A stretch of 64,000 bases of DNA from positions 67,082,566 to 67,146,565 of the forward strand of contig NC_068991.1 of assembly GCF_001194135.2 (NCBI RefSeq), read 5' to 3'. How positions within the stretch are numbered: the stretch's first letter is position 1; each line of letters starts with the position of its first letter. The notes beneath the pieces were generated by a model, which saw nothing but the letters and a program-made list of their open reading frames with translations, searched no databases and was not told the origin of the DNA. The position numbers were made by a program, and so were the translations under genes. Below, in pieces: positions 40,150 through 52,700 of this stretch. This stretch comes from Octopus bimaculoides. Its lineage: Eukaryota.

Positions 40150-40520
40150 TCTCAGGAAGCATTGGAAGTTTTGAAGGATGCAGTGCTCCGACAACTAACA
40201 AACAATGCCGGCAGTTTGTTCCATACTTCAGCATCTCCTAGCGTGAAAAAGTGTTTCCGAAAGTCATGGGAGCTGTGCTGTTTTCTGACTTTGTAAACAT
40301 GTCCACAGGTGTTAGACGGGTGGAATTTGAAAAGGTGCTCAGAGTTGTTGTTAGTAAGATGGTTAATAATTTTATTGGCATCTGCCAAGTCAGCTGCCAG
40401 ACGTCGGAGTTTCAATGTATCCATACCCAGGGAACTAAGGTGTTCAGAATATGGCAAATGCCTGATGGAGGGTATTTATTCTCTTGGTTGCACGTCGCTG
40501 AACGGTTTCCAGACAATGAT
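40150..40520 (-). mobile_element. CR1-clade LINE 3' coding fragment
   Basis: CLETVQRRATKRI / MPYSEHLSSLGMDTLKLRRLAADL...GHVYKVRKQHSSHDFRKHFFT..AEVWNKLP..SFK, a canonical CR1 C-terminal pattern. Confidence 0.85.
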
Positions 40521-41741
40521 GATGAAAGATAGGATTGTAATGGGTTTCCTACTCTTGGCCAAATTTGTAATGTCCAACATGGCCAATGTGGAAAATAAAA
40601 TCATACCAAAACTATAATGTACACAAGGTACATGGTCGACATATTCATTGAGATGGATATACAAGAAAAGATCAACAAATTTGGGAATATGATTCTGTTC
40701 TCTATTTTAATGTTGAATATAGTTTAGATAAAAGTCACGGCTGTGTTGTTAAGAAGCTGGCTTCCTGACCTTGTAGACTTGAGTTCAGTCCCACTGTATG
40801 GCACCTTGGGCAAGTGTCTTCTACTATAGCCCTGGAATGACCAAAGCCTTGTGAGTAGACTTGGTGGGTGGAAACTGAAAGAAGCCAGTTGTCTACCGAG
40901 CCTTCACAAAGGAAAAGAGAGACACACAGAAAAAAGGAAAATTTCCTGCTTGTTTGAAGACTATGGAAATATTTACAAAACATTTCATTTCATTTTTTTC
41001 TTCAATTTGATTGTTTTTCTTTTCCACCTTTGTTTTATACTCTTCGTTGAAAAGTCAAAAGGATTGAAACCAGTACTATAAATATCACCATCATTATCAC
41101 CACCATTTAACGTCCATTTTTCCATGCTAGTATGGGTTAAGCAGTTTGACTGGAGTTGGTAAGCTGGAGAGCTGTACAGACTCCAGTCATCTAGTTTGGC
41201 TTAGTTTCTACAGTTGGATGTCCTTCCTAATATCAACCACTTTACAGAGTGTACTGGGTGCCTTTTACATGTCACCAGCATGAATGCCCTTTTTTGGTAT
41301 CACTGGCACAGATGTGTTGTACACACCACTGGCACAGGTGCCTTTTATGTGTCACCAGCACAAGTGTCTTTTACATGTCACTGGAATAGATGCCTTTTAT
41401 GTGTTGTGTGTATGTATGTATGTATATATGTATGTATATGTGTGTGTGAGAGTGTGTTACTGTCGCCTTTCCTTGACAGTGTTTGATTGTTGCAAGAAAA
41501 GTTGCCTCGACAAATTCCATCATGTCCAAGTGAGTATTGTAAAGTAGAAGTTAAATGATGGTGATAATGATGAAGAGAAGGAAGAGGAGGATATAAAGTG
41601 ACAGAGAGAGTACTAATTAATAAACGAGGAAAGAACCAGTTACATAATTACATACATTAGCTTGCAGTTGTTTCAGCTACAGGAATATAACACCCAGTAA
41701 TGAGTGTCTGTGACTTCTCCTGGCTTCAGCAAAGCCTTTAA

Positions 41742-41908
41742 CCCTTTTGATACCAACCTGTGTGACCATCTCTGGTCCTATGATACAAACTTCCTGCTGT
41801 AAAGTGATCCAAAATAAATGACAAAGTCATTTTCTAAATTCTTCATTATTTTCAAAATTAATTAAAATAAAAGTGGTTTATTTGAAGAGAAATTTGGTTA
41901 CCAAAGAG
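41742..41908. mobile_element. Second TTAA-flanked MITE family
   Basis: TTAA (41738-41)|CCCTTTTGATACCAA ... TTGGTTACCAAAGAG|TTAA (41909-12); TIRs are imperfect. Confidence 0.55.
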
Positions 41909-43275
41909 TTAATGATACCATGGCAGTTTCCATCAACTGAATTCTACTCACAAGACTTGGGCTAATCTAAGGCTTTGGTAAAAGACACATGCATCCACCC
42001 CATCTTGTGCCATAAAGACAGCCTCAATTCCCAGCTATATGCTCCCTCACTCACTCATGGAAACAATCTCAGTACCATCTCAGTACCCCTCATAAGGGAT
42101 ACAACCTGATGATACTCATTTGTGTCAAGAGTAAGACAAGGTTTCACAGCTGTCACAAAGACAACCTGTCAAGGAAATTGGATAATCTAAATAAACCCCA
42201 ACTGCTTATGAAAAGTGTTCAACCTAACTCTATAGAGGAGACATGAACTCTGCAAGTTGCAGCAAAAATCAATCTGTCTAGGAGAGCAGTGACTTCAAAT
42301 AAAAATTGTCACTGTAGGAGGAAGAGGTTTTATCCTGACAGACAAGCTTTCTAGTGCTGGTGGAACAATAAAATGCATTTCATCTATGTCATAAAGTGGT
42401 TTTTGTTAAGAAAGGCATCCAGTTGCAAAAACCCCCATCAAAAGAAGCAAACCAAGACAACATAGCATAAAAAGGACTCTAATGTTCTCTCCAAGACAAC
42501 TTCTCTAATGTTTATGCTATGGTAAAATGAGCCAAATCAACATTGTAAAGTGGTTGGTGATGGGACAAGTATCCAGCTGTGGAAATCATGTCAAAATAAT
42601 GGCATGCACAACCACAAGAGTTGACTGCATTCTTTGTCTGTGGCTGTTTGTTCTAAATGATGACGGAATGCAGCAGATGAACTCTGCCATGGAGAATACT
42701 TTTCCATTCTTATTAGCAAAAAGAGGTGGAGGGGTAACAATGCTGGCAGTAGGTAACTTCTCAGGGCCATTGAGGGAACCTTTATGTGATCTCTCAACTT
42801 GAAAGAAATAGCTACCAAATCGCTTTCAAATAACACTCAACCATGTTTAAAAAGGAAGGGTACATTGGAATATTCAGTCCTAGATATACTGTCTGAAAGA
42901 AGAACCAAATAGGTACAGCAAGGATACCTTTGAGGATATATCTACTGGTTTGAGACTGATAGTGGTGGTGGTGGTGCTAAACAACAGCAGCCAAAGTGGC
43001 ACTAGTGGGGGTGGAATGGGGTGGGAGTTGAAATCCAGAACTCTTGCTTGAATAGGTCTATTAGTTACAGCAGACACATATAATAAGGAGCAATTCCTGT
43101 TACAACAGGCAATTACTATTATATAATAATTGCTTTAATATGTCTGTTAGTTTTAATAGACACATATAATGCCGTAATAGATAATTATCTTTTATGTTAT
43201 TACTTATCAAACTAGTAATGGTTGGTGACTGCAAGAGCACCCAGCTGTAAAATTCTGCCTTAAATGAATGCTCAT

Positions 43276-43715
43276 CATCATCATTTGGCATCCATTTTCC
43301 AAACTGGCATGGATTGGATAGTTTGACTGGAGCTGGTTAACTGAAGAGCTGTACCAGGCTCCAGTCTGTTTCAGCTTGGTTTTTATGGCTGGGTGTCCTT
43401 CCTAATGCCAACCACTCTACAGAGTGTACTGGGTGCCTTTCACATGTCACCAGCACTGGCCACGAACACAATTTCACTTAGCTTAACATGTCTTCTGAAG
43501 CACAGCAAATCACCAGAAGTCTCAGTCACTTGTCATCGCCTCTGTGAAACTCAACAGCCAACGGTCATATTTCACCACCTCATCCAATGTCATCCTCGTC
43601 CAACCCCTTCCACAGGTTCCCTCCACAGTTAGAGACTCGCACTTCTTTACACAGCTGTCCTCGTCCATACACATCACATGACCATACTGGTGCAGTCCTC
43701 TCTCTTGCACACTAC
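43276..43715 (-). mobile_element. RTE LINE 3' end linking the ORF2 C-terminus to the abundant (GAT)n-tailed repeat
   Basis: QERGLHQYGHVMCMDEDSCVKKCESLTVEGTCGRGWTRMTLDEVVKYD..LSFTEAMTSD (decayed RLRWYGHV..GRGRPRKTW), running directly into the tail sequence. Confidence 0.85.
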
Positions 43716-43832
43716 ATTTGATGCCACTTTATAGTTTATTCCATCATGGAAAATGAATGTTAAATAAATTACTGAATTTATATAAATTATTAAGAGGAAA
43801 AATACATCCTCAATACCCTCATACTCTCTCTA

Positions 43833-43882
<50 letters not shown>

Positions 43883-44060
43883 AGTCAGAGAGAGAGAGAA
43901 TAGTGACTGGCTTAAACTGCTAACATTTAAACTGGCCATATTTAACCCACATATTCTATTTATTTTATGTTCAAGCTGGCTGGATCTGGCCTCTCACACA
44001 TACTCTAAATTAACAATCACATCATCTAAATTTCAAAGCTACAAGATAATGCATGATTAA

Positions 44061-44286
44061 GGTGGTGAGCTGGCAGAAACGTTAGCACGCCGGGCAAAAT
44101 GCTTAGCGGTATTTCATCTGTCTTTACGTTCTGAGTTCAAATTCCGCCAAGGTCGACTTTGCTTTTCATCCTTTCGGGGTCGATAAATTAAGTACCAGTC
44201 AATGGGGTCGATGTAATCGACCTAATCCCTTTGTCTGTCCTTGTTTGTCCCCTCTATGTTTATCCCCTTGTGGGCAATAAAGAAAT
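44061..44286 (+). mobile_element. SINE family C with 18-bp TSD, inserted inside a piggyBac-type MITE
   Basis: TSD AAGATAATGCATGATTAA at 44043-44060 and 44287-44304. The flanks (~43912-44350) match the TTAA-MITE internal sequence. Confidence 0.85.
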
Positions 44287-45487
44287 AAGATAATGCATGA
44301 TTAAATTCAAAACAATATGAATAAATAAGCTTACAATTGGACAGAGTAATCATCATCATCATTATCGTCGTCGTTTAACGTCCACTTTCGATGCTAGCAT
44401 GGGTTGGACGATTTGACTGAGGACTGGCAAGCCAGAAAGCTGCACCAGACTCCAATCTGATCTGGCAGAGTTTATACAACTGGATGCCCTTCCTAACGCC
44501 AACCACTCCGAGAATGTAGTGGGTGCTTTTACGTGCCACCGGCATGAAGGCCAGTCAGGCGGTACTGGCAATGGCCAAAAGGGTTAAACACCTGTAAGTT
44601 AATCATATCTGCAGAAAAAAAGATGTTCGTACAGCTTTCTGAAGTCTGGTCTGAACACTTGCAACAGAGTTGACTCTGGTAGAGACACGCAAGGACTGAG
44701 TGACATGTTAGCCCTGTCATCCAAATCAAGGCCATCATTAGGAAGTGTAGGACCCAATTAGAGAATTGTCAGTAGGGGCCCTCTACTCTACAAAAGCTTA
44801 GATTAATGTTTTATGCTTTGTGTAGTACACCAGTCCCAACCAAAAAGTGTTGAGGGCTTGAGACTCCATTAACCACAATGGTATACTAAAAATTGAAAGC
44901 TCTTATGAAAATGTTAATGTTTTATTATAACTCAAGATAATTACTAATATACTGTTTGTGAATCATTTCAAAGTCAATGATTTTAATGATGTCATTTTCC
45001 ATAGATTGTATTGCCAAATTATAAAATCTGTCTTGTGAAATGGTTAACTATCAGTGTGTTTTAATCAGTTGTAGTTTTGAAAAAACTGCTTTCACTTGAT
45101 GCAACAGTTACGAGCATTGTTTGAGTAAATCATCAAAGTAATAGAAATGTTAGGAAATATTTAATTCATCATAGCATCTTCCACTCGAGCATGTACTTGA
45201 GGCCCTCTTTTGGTGCAGGGCTCAGTTTGAACAAATCTGTTAAATTGGCTTAAAACCAGCCCTGATCCAGATACCAAAGGCATTCTAACTCTTTCATGTC
45301 AACAATCACCCTGATTTAATTAACATAATCCAAATGGATCAACCAAGTTATTCTGGATTATTATGAATGCTTTTCACTGAAAAACTTCCTTTGCTTTCCA
45401 GCCTTTTATGTATAGGTGCTGGAGTAAGTCAGTTTTTCAGATATGAAATGAGTGAAAAGCATGCTAGACTCCTGCAGGATACAGCCT

Positions 45488-45715
45488 GTATATTACAGTA
45501 TACTCCCTGTGTATATTAGTGTATTACAATATACTGTCTATATATGCTAGTGGATTGCAGTACACATCTGTATGTCAATATATTACAGTGTACTCACAGT
45601 ATATGCTTGTGTGTTACATATACTCCTCTGTATGCTCATGTATTACTGTATACTCAGTGTATGTCAATGTTACGTGATACTCCCTGTGTTAGCTAGTGGA
45701 TTACAAAATACTCCT
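45488..45715. repeat. Degenerate minisatellite, ~28-31 bp unit, about 8 copies
   Basis: Recurrent (G)TATTACAGTATACTC(C)CTGTGTAT(G)CTAGT-like units. Confidence 0.7.
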
Positions 45716-45820
45716 TATTCTATTGGTCTCTTTTACTGAACTGCTAAGTTACAGGGACATAAACACACCAACATCGTTTGTCATGCGATGCTGGGGGGAG
45801 GCCACAAACACAGACACACA

Positions 45821-45865
<45 letters not shown>

Positions 45866-46569
45866 CCTGGTGTAGCCATCTGGTTCACCAGTCCTCAGTC
45901 AAATCGTCCAACCCATGCTAGCATGGAAAGCGGATGTTAAGCAATGATGATGATGATGACGACGGGCTTCTTTCAGTTTCTGTCTACCAAATCCATTCAC
46001 AAGGGTTTGGTTAGCACAAGGCTATAGTAGAAGACATTTGCCCAAAGGTGTCACGCAGTGGAACTGAACCCGGAACCATGTGGCTGGGGAGCAAGCTTCT
46101 TACCACACAGCCACTCATGAGCCATTTGATCAAATTTTTCATTATTTTCAAAGTCAACTGAAGCAAAGACAATAGGGTTAGTAACTAAGATGGCTTTAAG
46201 CAGCTTAGAATTATCCAAGAAAGTACCATATGGATACAAACTCTATTTTGCTTTTTTCGTTAAAAACAAAGGAAAGGAGACAAAAATTTCATTTATTTTT
46301 TCCCCCCCGCGGTAGTGATTATACATTTGTCAGTTTCAGAGCCACAGATCTAGTGTTATCATAGAATACAACCTGAGTATACCACTGTGTTACAATAGTA
46401 AAATGTGCCTACACATGGTACCAATTAATGGCTGGGTAGTTTGGAGCGATTAAATAGTGTCTTTGCTCCAGTGATGGAATCTAAACCACAGACTGTCTTT
46501 GATTGATATGATTCTAATGACTCAGTCAACCATGACAATTCTAAATAAAACTGAATACAATAAATATGA

Positions 46570-47160
46570 TAGCGATGTTGTTTTTGTTGTTGTTGATGGT
46601 GGCGGTGGTGGTGGTGGAGGTAATTACAGTAGTGACGGTGGATATGGTGATAATGGTGATGATAGTTGCTCCCCACCCTACACTAGAGGACGACCTATGA
46701 TCAACGGTATTCCAATCATGACCATATCATCGACTTGTGTATCAGAGCAGTGAGATGCCAAGGTGTGATTTGAGGGAGATTTTTTTGCTATTATTAGAAC
46801 GTAGACAACCACATAGAAGCCCCCGCCTCAATGGTCTGTGACGATGATGATGATGATGATCACGATCATCATCATCATCATCATCACGATTGCAACTACT
46901 ACTACTACGACAACGACGACGACGCTGGTTGTGTTGGTGTTGGTGATGGCGGCGGCGGCGGTGTGTGGTGGAGGTAGTAGAGTTGAGGAATGATGATGAC
47001 AGTAATGTTGCTGCTGATGGTGATGATGATGATGATGAAGACGGCGGTGGTGTTAAGGGTAGTGGTAGTGTGGAGTGTAGGAGATGGTGAATATAGTGGT
47101 GACAGCGAAGCGATGCTGATAGGGGTGGAGGGAACATGATGGTGGGGGAAGGCGATGATA
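46570..47160. repeat. Compound trinucleotide microsatellite tract (GTT/GGT/GAT/CAT/GAC/GGC)
   Basis: Direct reading; it explains the low-complexity His/Asp/Ser/Pro ORFs here. Confidence 0.85.
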
Positions 47161-47379
47161 GAAAAACGTTGTTTGTTTTTTTGTTTTGGCTCGAGAGACA
47201 AACGCATCCCGTAGCTTGTTTTGGGAGAGGATTGACCGATAAGATTTTTGATATTTGTCGAGGTAGAGAGATTTTATTTCCCGGTACATGCAAAGCAATT
47301 CCACAGGCTGCAGTCTAACGAGGTGTGTGTGTGTGTGTGTGTTTGTGTGTGTGAGGGGGGAAGCAAAGCTCAATTGATG

Positions 47380-48047
47380 CCGCATTTTCGTTTAGCTCTG
47401 AGCTACTAAGCTTGTTATCGCCACTATCTCTGAGAAAGTGAGAAAGCGTGTATGTGTGTGTGTGTGCGTACATGTGTGTGGTGTGTATGTTTGTGTGTGT
47501 GTGAGAGAGAGAGAAAAAGAAATTCTAGTAATCTGTCTGTTTATAATAGATACTTGGATCATACATATTGTAACTTATGGTATTTTGACAACTTTTCCAG
47601 CGGGAATTACTATTTCTTGCTATTTCCGCCGTTCCATCATCACCTGGAGAATTGTGTGGAGTGTGTGTGCACTCAACGTGCGGAAGACGTGTCTTTTTAT
47701 AGATCTTTGCTTTTACACACACACACATACACACACACACAAACACACTAATACCGCGCGCGCGCACATACGCACGCATCGTTGAATGATTGATTGATTA
47801 AGCGACAGAAATAAAGATAAATGAAGCAGGGAAAATACCACAGGATAAGCGAAAGTACCTTTTATTTTTCTTAAAATTAAATATACCTAAGTTGGTTCCT
47901 TTTTCCTGAGAATCTACACGCTCTCCATTTAGTGAAGATAACAAGAAGCGCAGATGTAGGTGCGTGTTAAAGGTATCTCAAGCGAAGCATTAACAGATGG
48001 AAGGTAAACTCCCATTTGAAAGTCTCTTGCTCAGGCGTCAAAATACA
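47380..48047. promoter_or_regulatory. CpG-enriched promoter and 5' UTR region of ERG28 (possibly bidirectional)
   Basis: CpG-dense (CGCGCGCGC at ~47756-47764, GCGGGAA at ~47600) relative to the CpG-poor surroundings. It lies immediately upstream of the ERG28 start. A possible UTR acceptor CTTGCTCAG ends at 48034. Confidence 0.45.
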
Positions 48048-48225
48048 ATGATGTCGACAAATGTTCCTCGAAAACAAAGCAGTCCTCCGCCACAGTCAGT
48101 CTATTTAAATTATCTGCGCGGATGGCTAGGAGCGATGTCCCTCATCTCGTTTGCGAATGGTATGCAGTCGTTCGTCGATATGAAATTTCTTCATAAATCC
48201 ATCTACACGAATTCAACAGGCTCAG
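48048..48225 (+). CDS. ERG28: ERG28 (ergosterol biosynthesis 28 homolog) coding exon 1
   Basis: MMSTNVPRKQSSPPPQSVYLNYLRGWLGAMSLISFANGMQSFVDMKFLHKSIYTNSTGS aligns with human FLNVLRSWLVMVSIIAMGNTLQSF..FLYEKLYT. Donor CAG|GTAAAT, phase 1. An alternative in-frame ATG lies at 47997. Confidence 0.9.
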
Positions 48226-49397
48226 GTAAATAAATAGAGAGAAAATGAAACAGAAGCAACACAAAACATAAATAAAAGCTGTACATACATACTGACATTC
48301 ATACATGCATACATACACAAACACACATGCATACATATTTGCACACACCTACTTAAATACATAGACAAACATACAAATACACAAATATACACGATCAGAC
48401 ACGAACGAGCCAATGAGAGCGCTTCTACGTGGTCATCCTGCCTGCTAGAAATAGCAACGAAACCACTCAAGTCACACTATACTATCTGAAAAAAAAAAAG
48501 AATGACATGATATAGCACAGTCCAATATATAGTTGAAAAGAAAAAAATATACAGTATGACCACAGTTGGAAATCCTTTAATTATAGTTTGCTGGATCAGA
48601 ACAGAATTGGAGCTCGTTAATAATCAGATAGAACACATATTTACACAAATCATATATGAAGAGACACTAACATACACACAGATCAGCAAATATATCAGCA
48701 CAGATAACGATAGGAGCAATAAATACACACAATATTAAACATGTAGTTATGTGTTTTCCAAATAATGATTTCGTTTTTGATAAAATAGAAGATTTATTTG
48801 GTTGCATAAATTGATTTAATATATTAGTACTTAGTTTATCAACTTCAGAAGGATGAAAATGAAGACCAGTCAACCTCGGAAATATAACAGACCGGCGAGC
48901 CAGCTATAGAACCTCTTCGCAGTTGTTTCATCTGCGAAAAAGAGCTAGTCAAATTCCTCGAATTGTATTATATCGTCGCAGAAAAGGACACATAGAATAA
49001 TGTAGTTCTGGATACACTATATCCTAGAAATAAAACGAATTTCTCAGGGCTGACCTGAAGTTAACAACTAAAGATACCGATCTTAAAATAACTATAAAAC
49101 ACCTAACGTTGTTAGCTCGTTTTCGGCTTGGCTTAATTAAGCAAGTTCCCCCAGTCACACGAATTTTATGGGTTGCCATGCACAACACGTTACTATGTGA
49201 AACATGTCCTACAATTGGCATAACTACAGGGTTTTACCCGCCAGACTTTGGGAGGTCATAACTTTCAGAAAAATGAATATTTTTTAATGAAATTTTCTAT
49301 GCATATAGTAATATAATTCCTATTGGAATTACCATTTGATTTTGTTACAACACCTGTATCGTAACACGATGTAGTCGTACTCTTCGAGATACGCGCA

Positions 49398-49443
<46 letters not shown>

Positions 49444-49539
49444 CCGCACACTCTGTGGTGGCAGTGTCCAAGTGCTAATACATCCGTTGTATAGTTTTAT
49501 AATCTCTTGTACATGCCTTTTTTTTTAGTTTAGTCCCAG

Positions 49540-49710
49540 GTCCTCGCTGACAGTGCAAAACTATGGACAATGTCTTTCTAGCCACGACCGTCCTGTTATT
49601 TCTCCCAGTTATTGTCGTATCTAAGACTACCTTAGCCAAAGTGTCCTTTTTTCACTTGTAATTTGAAGGAGTTTGAACTGCTATTGCCAGTATCTCGAGG
49701 CTCCCTCGTA
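49540..49710 (+). repeat. Representative of an abundant unclassified ~250-bp dispersed repeat (GAGGGAGATTTGGCTGCTATTTCTAGCAGG core)
   Basis: Related copies at ~8540(-), 19780, 20750, 21030, 25540, 31830(-), 33730(-), 46760, 48420(-), 50090, 51220, 62250 and 63400. No TIR, TSD or tRNA head recognised. Confidence 0.65.
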
Positions 49711-52700
49711 GTACATGCCCTTGTGCTCTACACGATTACCACACACACACACACGAGAGAGAGAGAAAGAGAGTAGCAATCACTGACTTATGATAAAATC
49801 GCTCATTATTGCTGTTTGTATGCGATGAATGCCAATTGAGCTATGGAAACATCAAACAACCGGGATTGTTGATCTTCCTAGTTGTAACAACCTGGATTGT
49901 TGATCTTCCCAGTTCGTGACCGAATTGATACTACTTGAGTTCTACAATGCGCTCCAAGAATAGTGACTAGTATCATACCAGAACGATTCTCTCGTCACCG
50001 AATATGACTATAATAGATATCATTATAGCATTAGTCATCCCTAACGTTGCTCTATAGAAACCTACAGATAATGACAATTGAGGTTCTTGTTTACCCAGAT
50101 CATTCATGATCCAGCAGATCGATTATCAAAGATGATCTAGCTGTAGCCGCCCAGCCTCTTTTTTTCCCCTTTTAGACTTTACATATCTAAGACTACATTA
50201 TCCAATGTGTCCTCTTTTTTTTATGACAATAGCTGTTATTTCTAGGAAATCTCAAGTGACTGTAGAGAGAGGCTTCCCATGTTGATTCGTGACGGTGGAG
50301 ATAGTTGTGTAGCCACATCAGCCCTTGTCGAGTACCCTTGTTGCATTGCAGGTAGTCGCGCAAACGACGAGGTACGAGCCACAGATTCATTATCCCAATT
50401 ATACCATGTCTTCTCTTAACTGAAAACCATACTGTACTTCTGGCATGTTGTGATGAATTGTATTTAGTGCAGTGTGACAGTCTGGACAGATTACAACCTG
50501 TCTATTGTCTAGCCTATTTCTGTTCGCCCGTACATTCTGAGAACGGTTACAGAAGTGGTACGTGAGGTCAGAGAGCAATTGTTGCACCTCTTCGGGTTAT
50601 ATTACAGCACTGTATTTGGAGATAGCGTAGATATTTGAATGTTTATACAAGATAAATTTGGACAGTTGAGATTTGTAAAACTGAATATGAAATACATGCT
50701 CTCAGGATGGAAGGGAGATAATTTTAATACGACAGGTTACATAAATATGAAATATCCTTTTTTAACATCTGTAGAAGGACGACCTGTTAGATATGGCCAA
50801 ATTTCCTTCACAACGCACCCATCATCTTTAAAAAAAAGTGAAGGATTCATTAGATAATATAGTCCATAAATATCACTAAAAATGCAGGAATGCATTCGAT
50901 CATCTTGCTTAAGCAACCAAATTTTTTAGTTCGTTAGATCTATCAAGAAAAGACGAAACTACTGTTTTGACAAGTAACACTATCAAATGTACTGGAACTA
51001 TTTATGTGAATGGAAGACATAGTTTAAAGAATTTATATTTTTGTTGAAAACAAAGTTTATTCTCTATCTCTGTACAAACAGAGATTAAACGAAGTATAAT
51101 GTAAAAGATATGACGCTACACAGCTGTAAAATATGAACAGTTGATATAGTGAATCTGAAAAAATTGAGAGTTACTAAGTTGAATTTTGTCTGTTAGGTGT
51201 GCAAACGGAACTCATTTAGTCCTAGATCAATCTTGATCAAGCAGACTCTATCCTCAAATGCATTCCAACCATGACCATCCTGTATTTTTAGTGATACCAT
51301 AAGACGATGTTATCTGATGTGTTCTTCATCTTTTTAAGATGACAGGTGTGATTTGAAGGAGATTTGGCTGCTACATGTAAGCAGCCTACCATATATAGCA
51401 GAAAGGTTGTGAATGAATGCTCCCTTGGTGCTGGTGACTCCTAAAAAGCACTCAGTCCACTCTGTAAAGTGGTTGGTGTTAGGAAGCGCATCCAGCTGTA
51501 AAGACCATGTGGAGCTTGGTGCATTCCTCTGGCTTGCCAGCTTCTATCAAACCATTCAACTCATGGCAGCATGGAAGACAGATGATAAATGATGATGATG
51601 ATTATTTAGATCTTTGGTCTATGTGTGCTGAAAAGGGGAACCAACTGAGTTTATAAGGGTGATGGGTTGACAGAATCATTAGTCTCAGATAAAATGCCTG
51701 GAGGTATTTCTTCCAGCTTTTTACATTCTGAGTTCAAATCTTACCAAGGTCAACTATGCCTGTCTTTTAAGGTTAATAATCGAAAGTACCAATCAAATAC
51801 TGAGGTTGATTTAATTGACTAATCCCCACCAAATTTCAAGTCTGGTACCTATGTTGGAAACAATATGACAGTATAACGTATATATATATATATCATCATC
51901 ATCATCATCATCGTTTAACGTCCGCTTTCCATGCTAGCATGGGTTGGACGATTTGACTGAGGACTGGTGAAACCGGATGGCAACACCAGGCTCCAATCTA
52001 ATTTGGCAGAGTTTCTACAACTGGATATATATACTCTCTCACTCTCTTTTACTTGTTTCAGTCATTTGACTGTGGCCAGGCTGGAGCACCGCCTTTAGTC
52101 GAGCAAATCGACCCCAGGACTTATTCTTTGGAAGCCTAGTACTTATTCTATCGGTCTCTTTTGCCGAACCGCTAAGTTACGGGGACGTAAACACACCACC
52201 TTCAGTTGTCAAGCAATGGTGGGGGGAAAAACACACACAAACTCACATACATATATATATATACATATATACGACGGTCTTCTTTCAGTTTCCTTCTACC
52301 AAATCCACTCACAAGGCTTTGGTCGGCCCGAGGCTATAATAGAAGACACTTGTCCAAGGCGCCATGCAGTGGGACTGAACCCGGAACCATGTGGTTGGTA
52401 AGCAAGCTACTTACCACACAGCCACTCCTGCGCATGTGATTGACCAGACTATCAGATGTTATGCATTGCTAGTCACAATGTGCTTTGCATTGTTTTAGCT
52501 TCTAGATGAGCCCGTGTGTGTGTGTGTGTGTGTAGATGCAGTATTGTTGAATGGTTAAGAAGTTCACTTGAGGTGTGTTGAACCTATAATTCAAAAGATA
52601 CAGCATTGTCACACACTGAGTTACAGGATTACTTTAAGAGCACACATATCTCTGGAATACTCAGCTACTTATATGCTCATTGACTGAGCATGTAATTCAA

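Noticed and set aside
42106-42140. CTGATGA-TACTC-N11-GAGTA hairpin resembling hammerhead stem II
   Set aside because: Followed by AGAC rather than GAAA, with no stem I complement.
46742-47293. 183-aa His/Ser/Asp-rich minus ORF
   Set aside because: Translation of the compound trinucleotide microsatellite.
49855-49914. 31-bp tandem duplication (AACAACC.GGATTGTTGATCTTCC.AGTT x2)
   Set aside because: Only two copies and no further structure; an ordinary local duplication.
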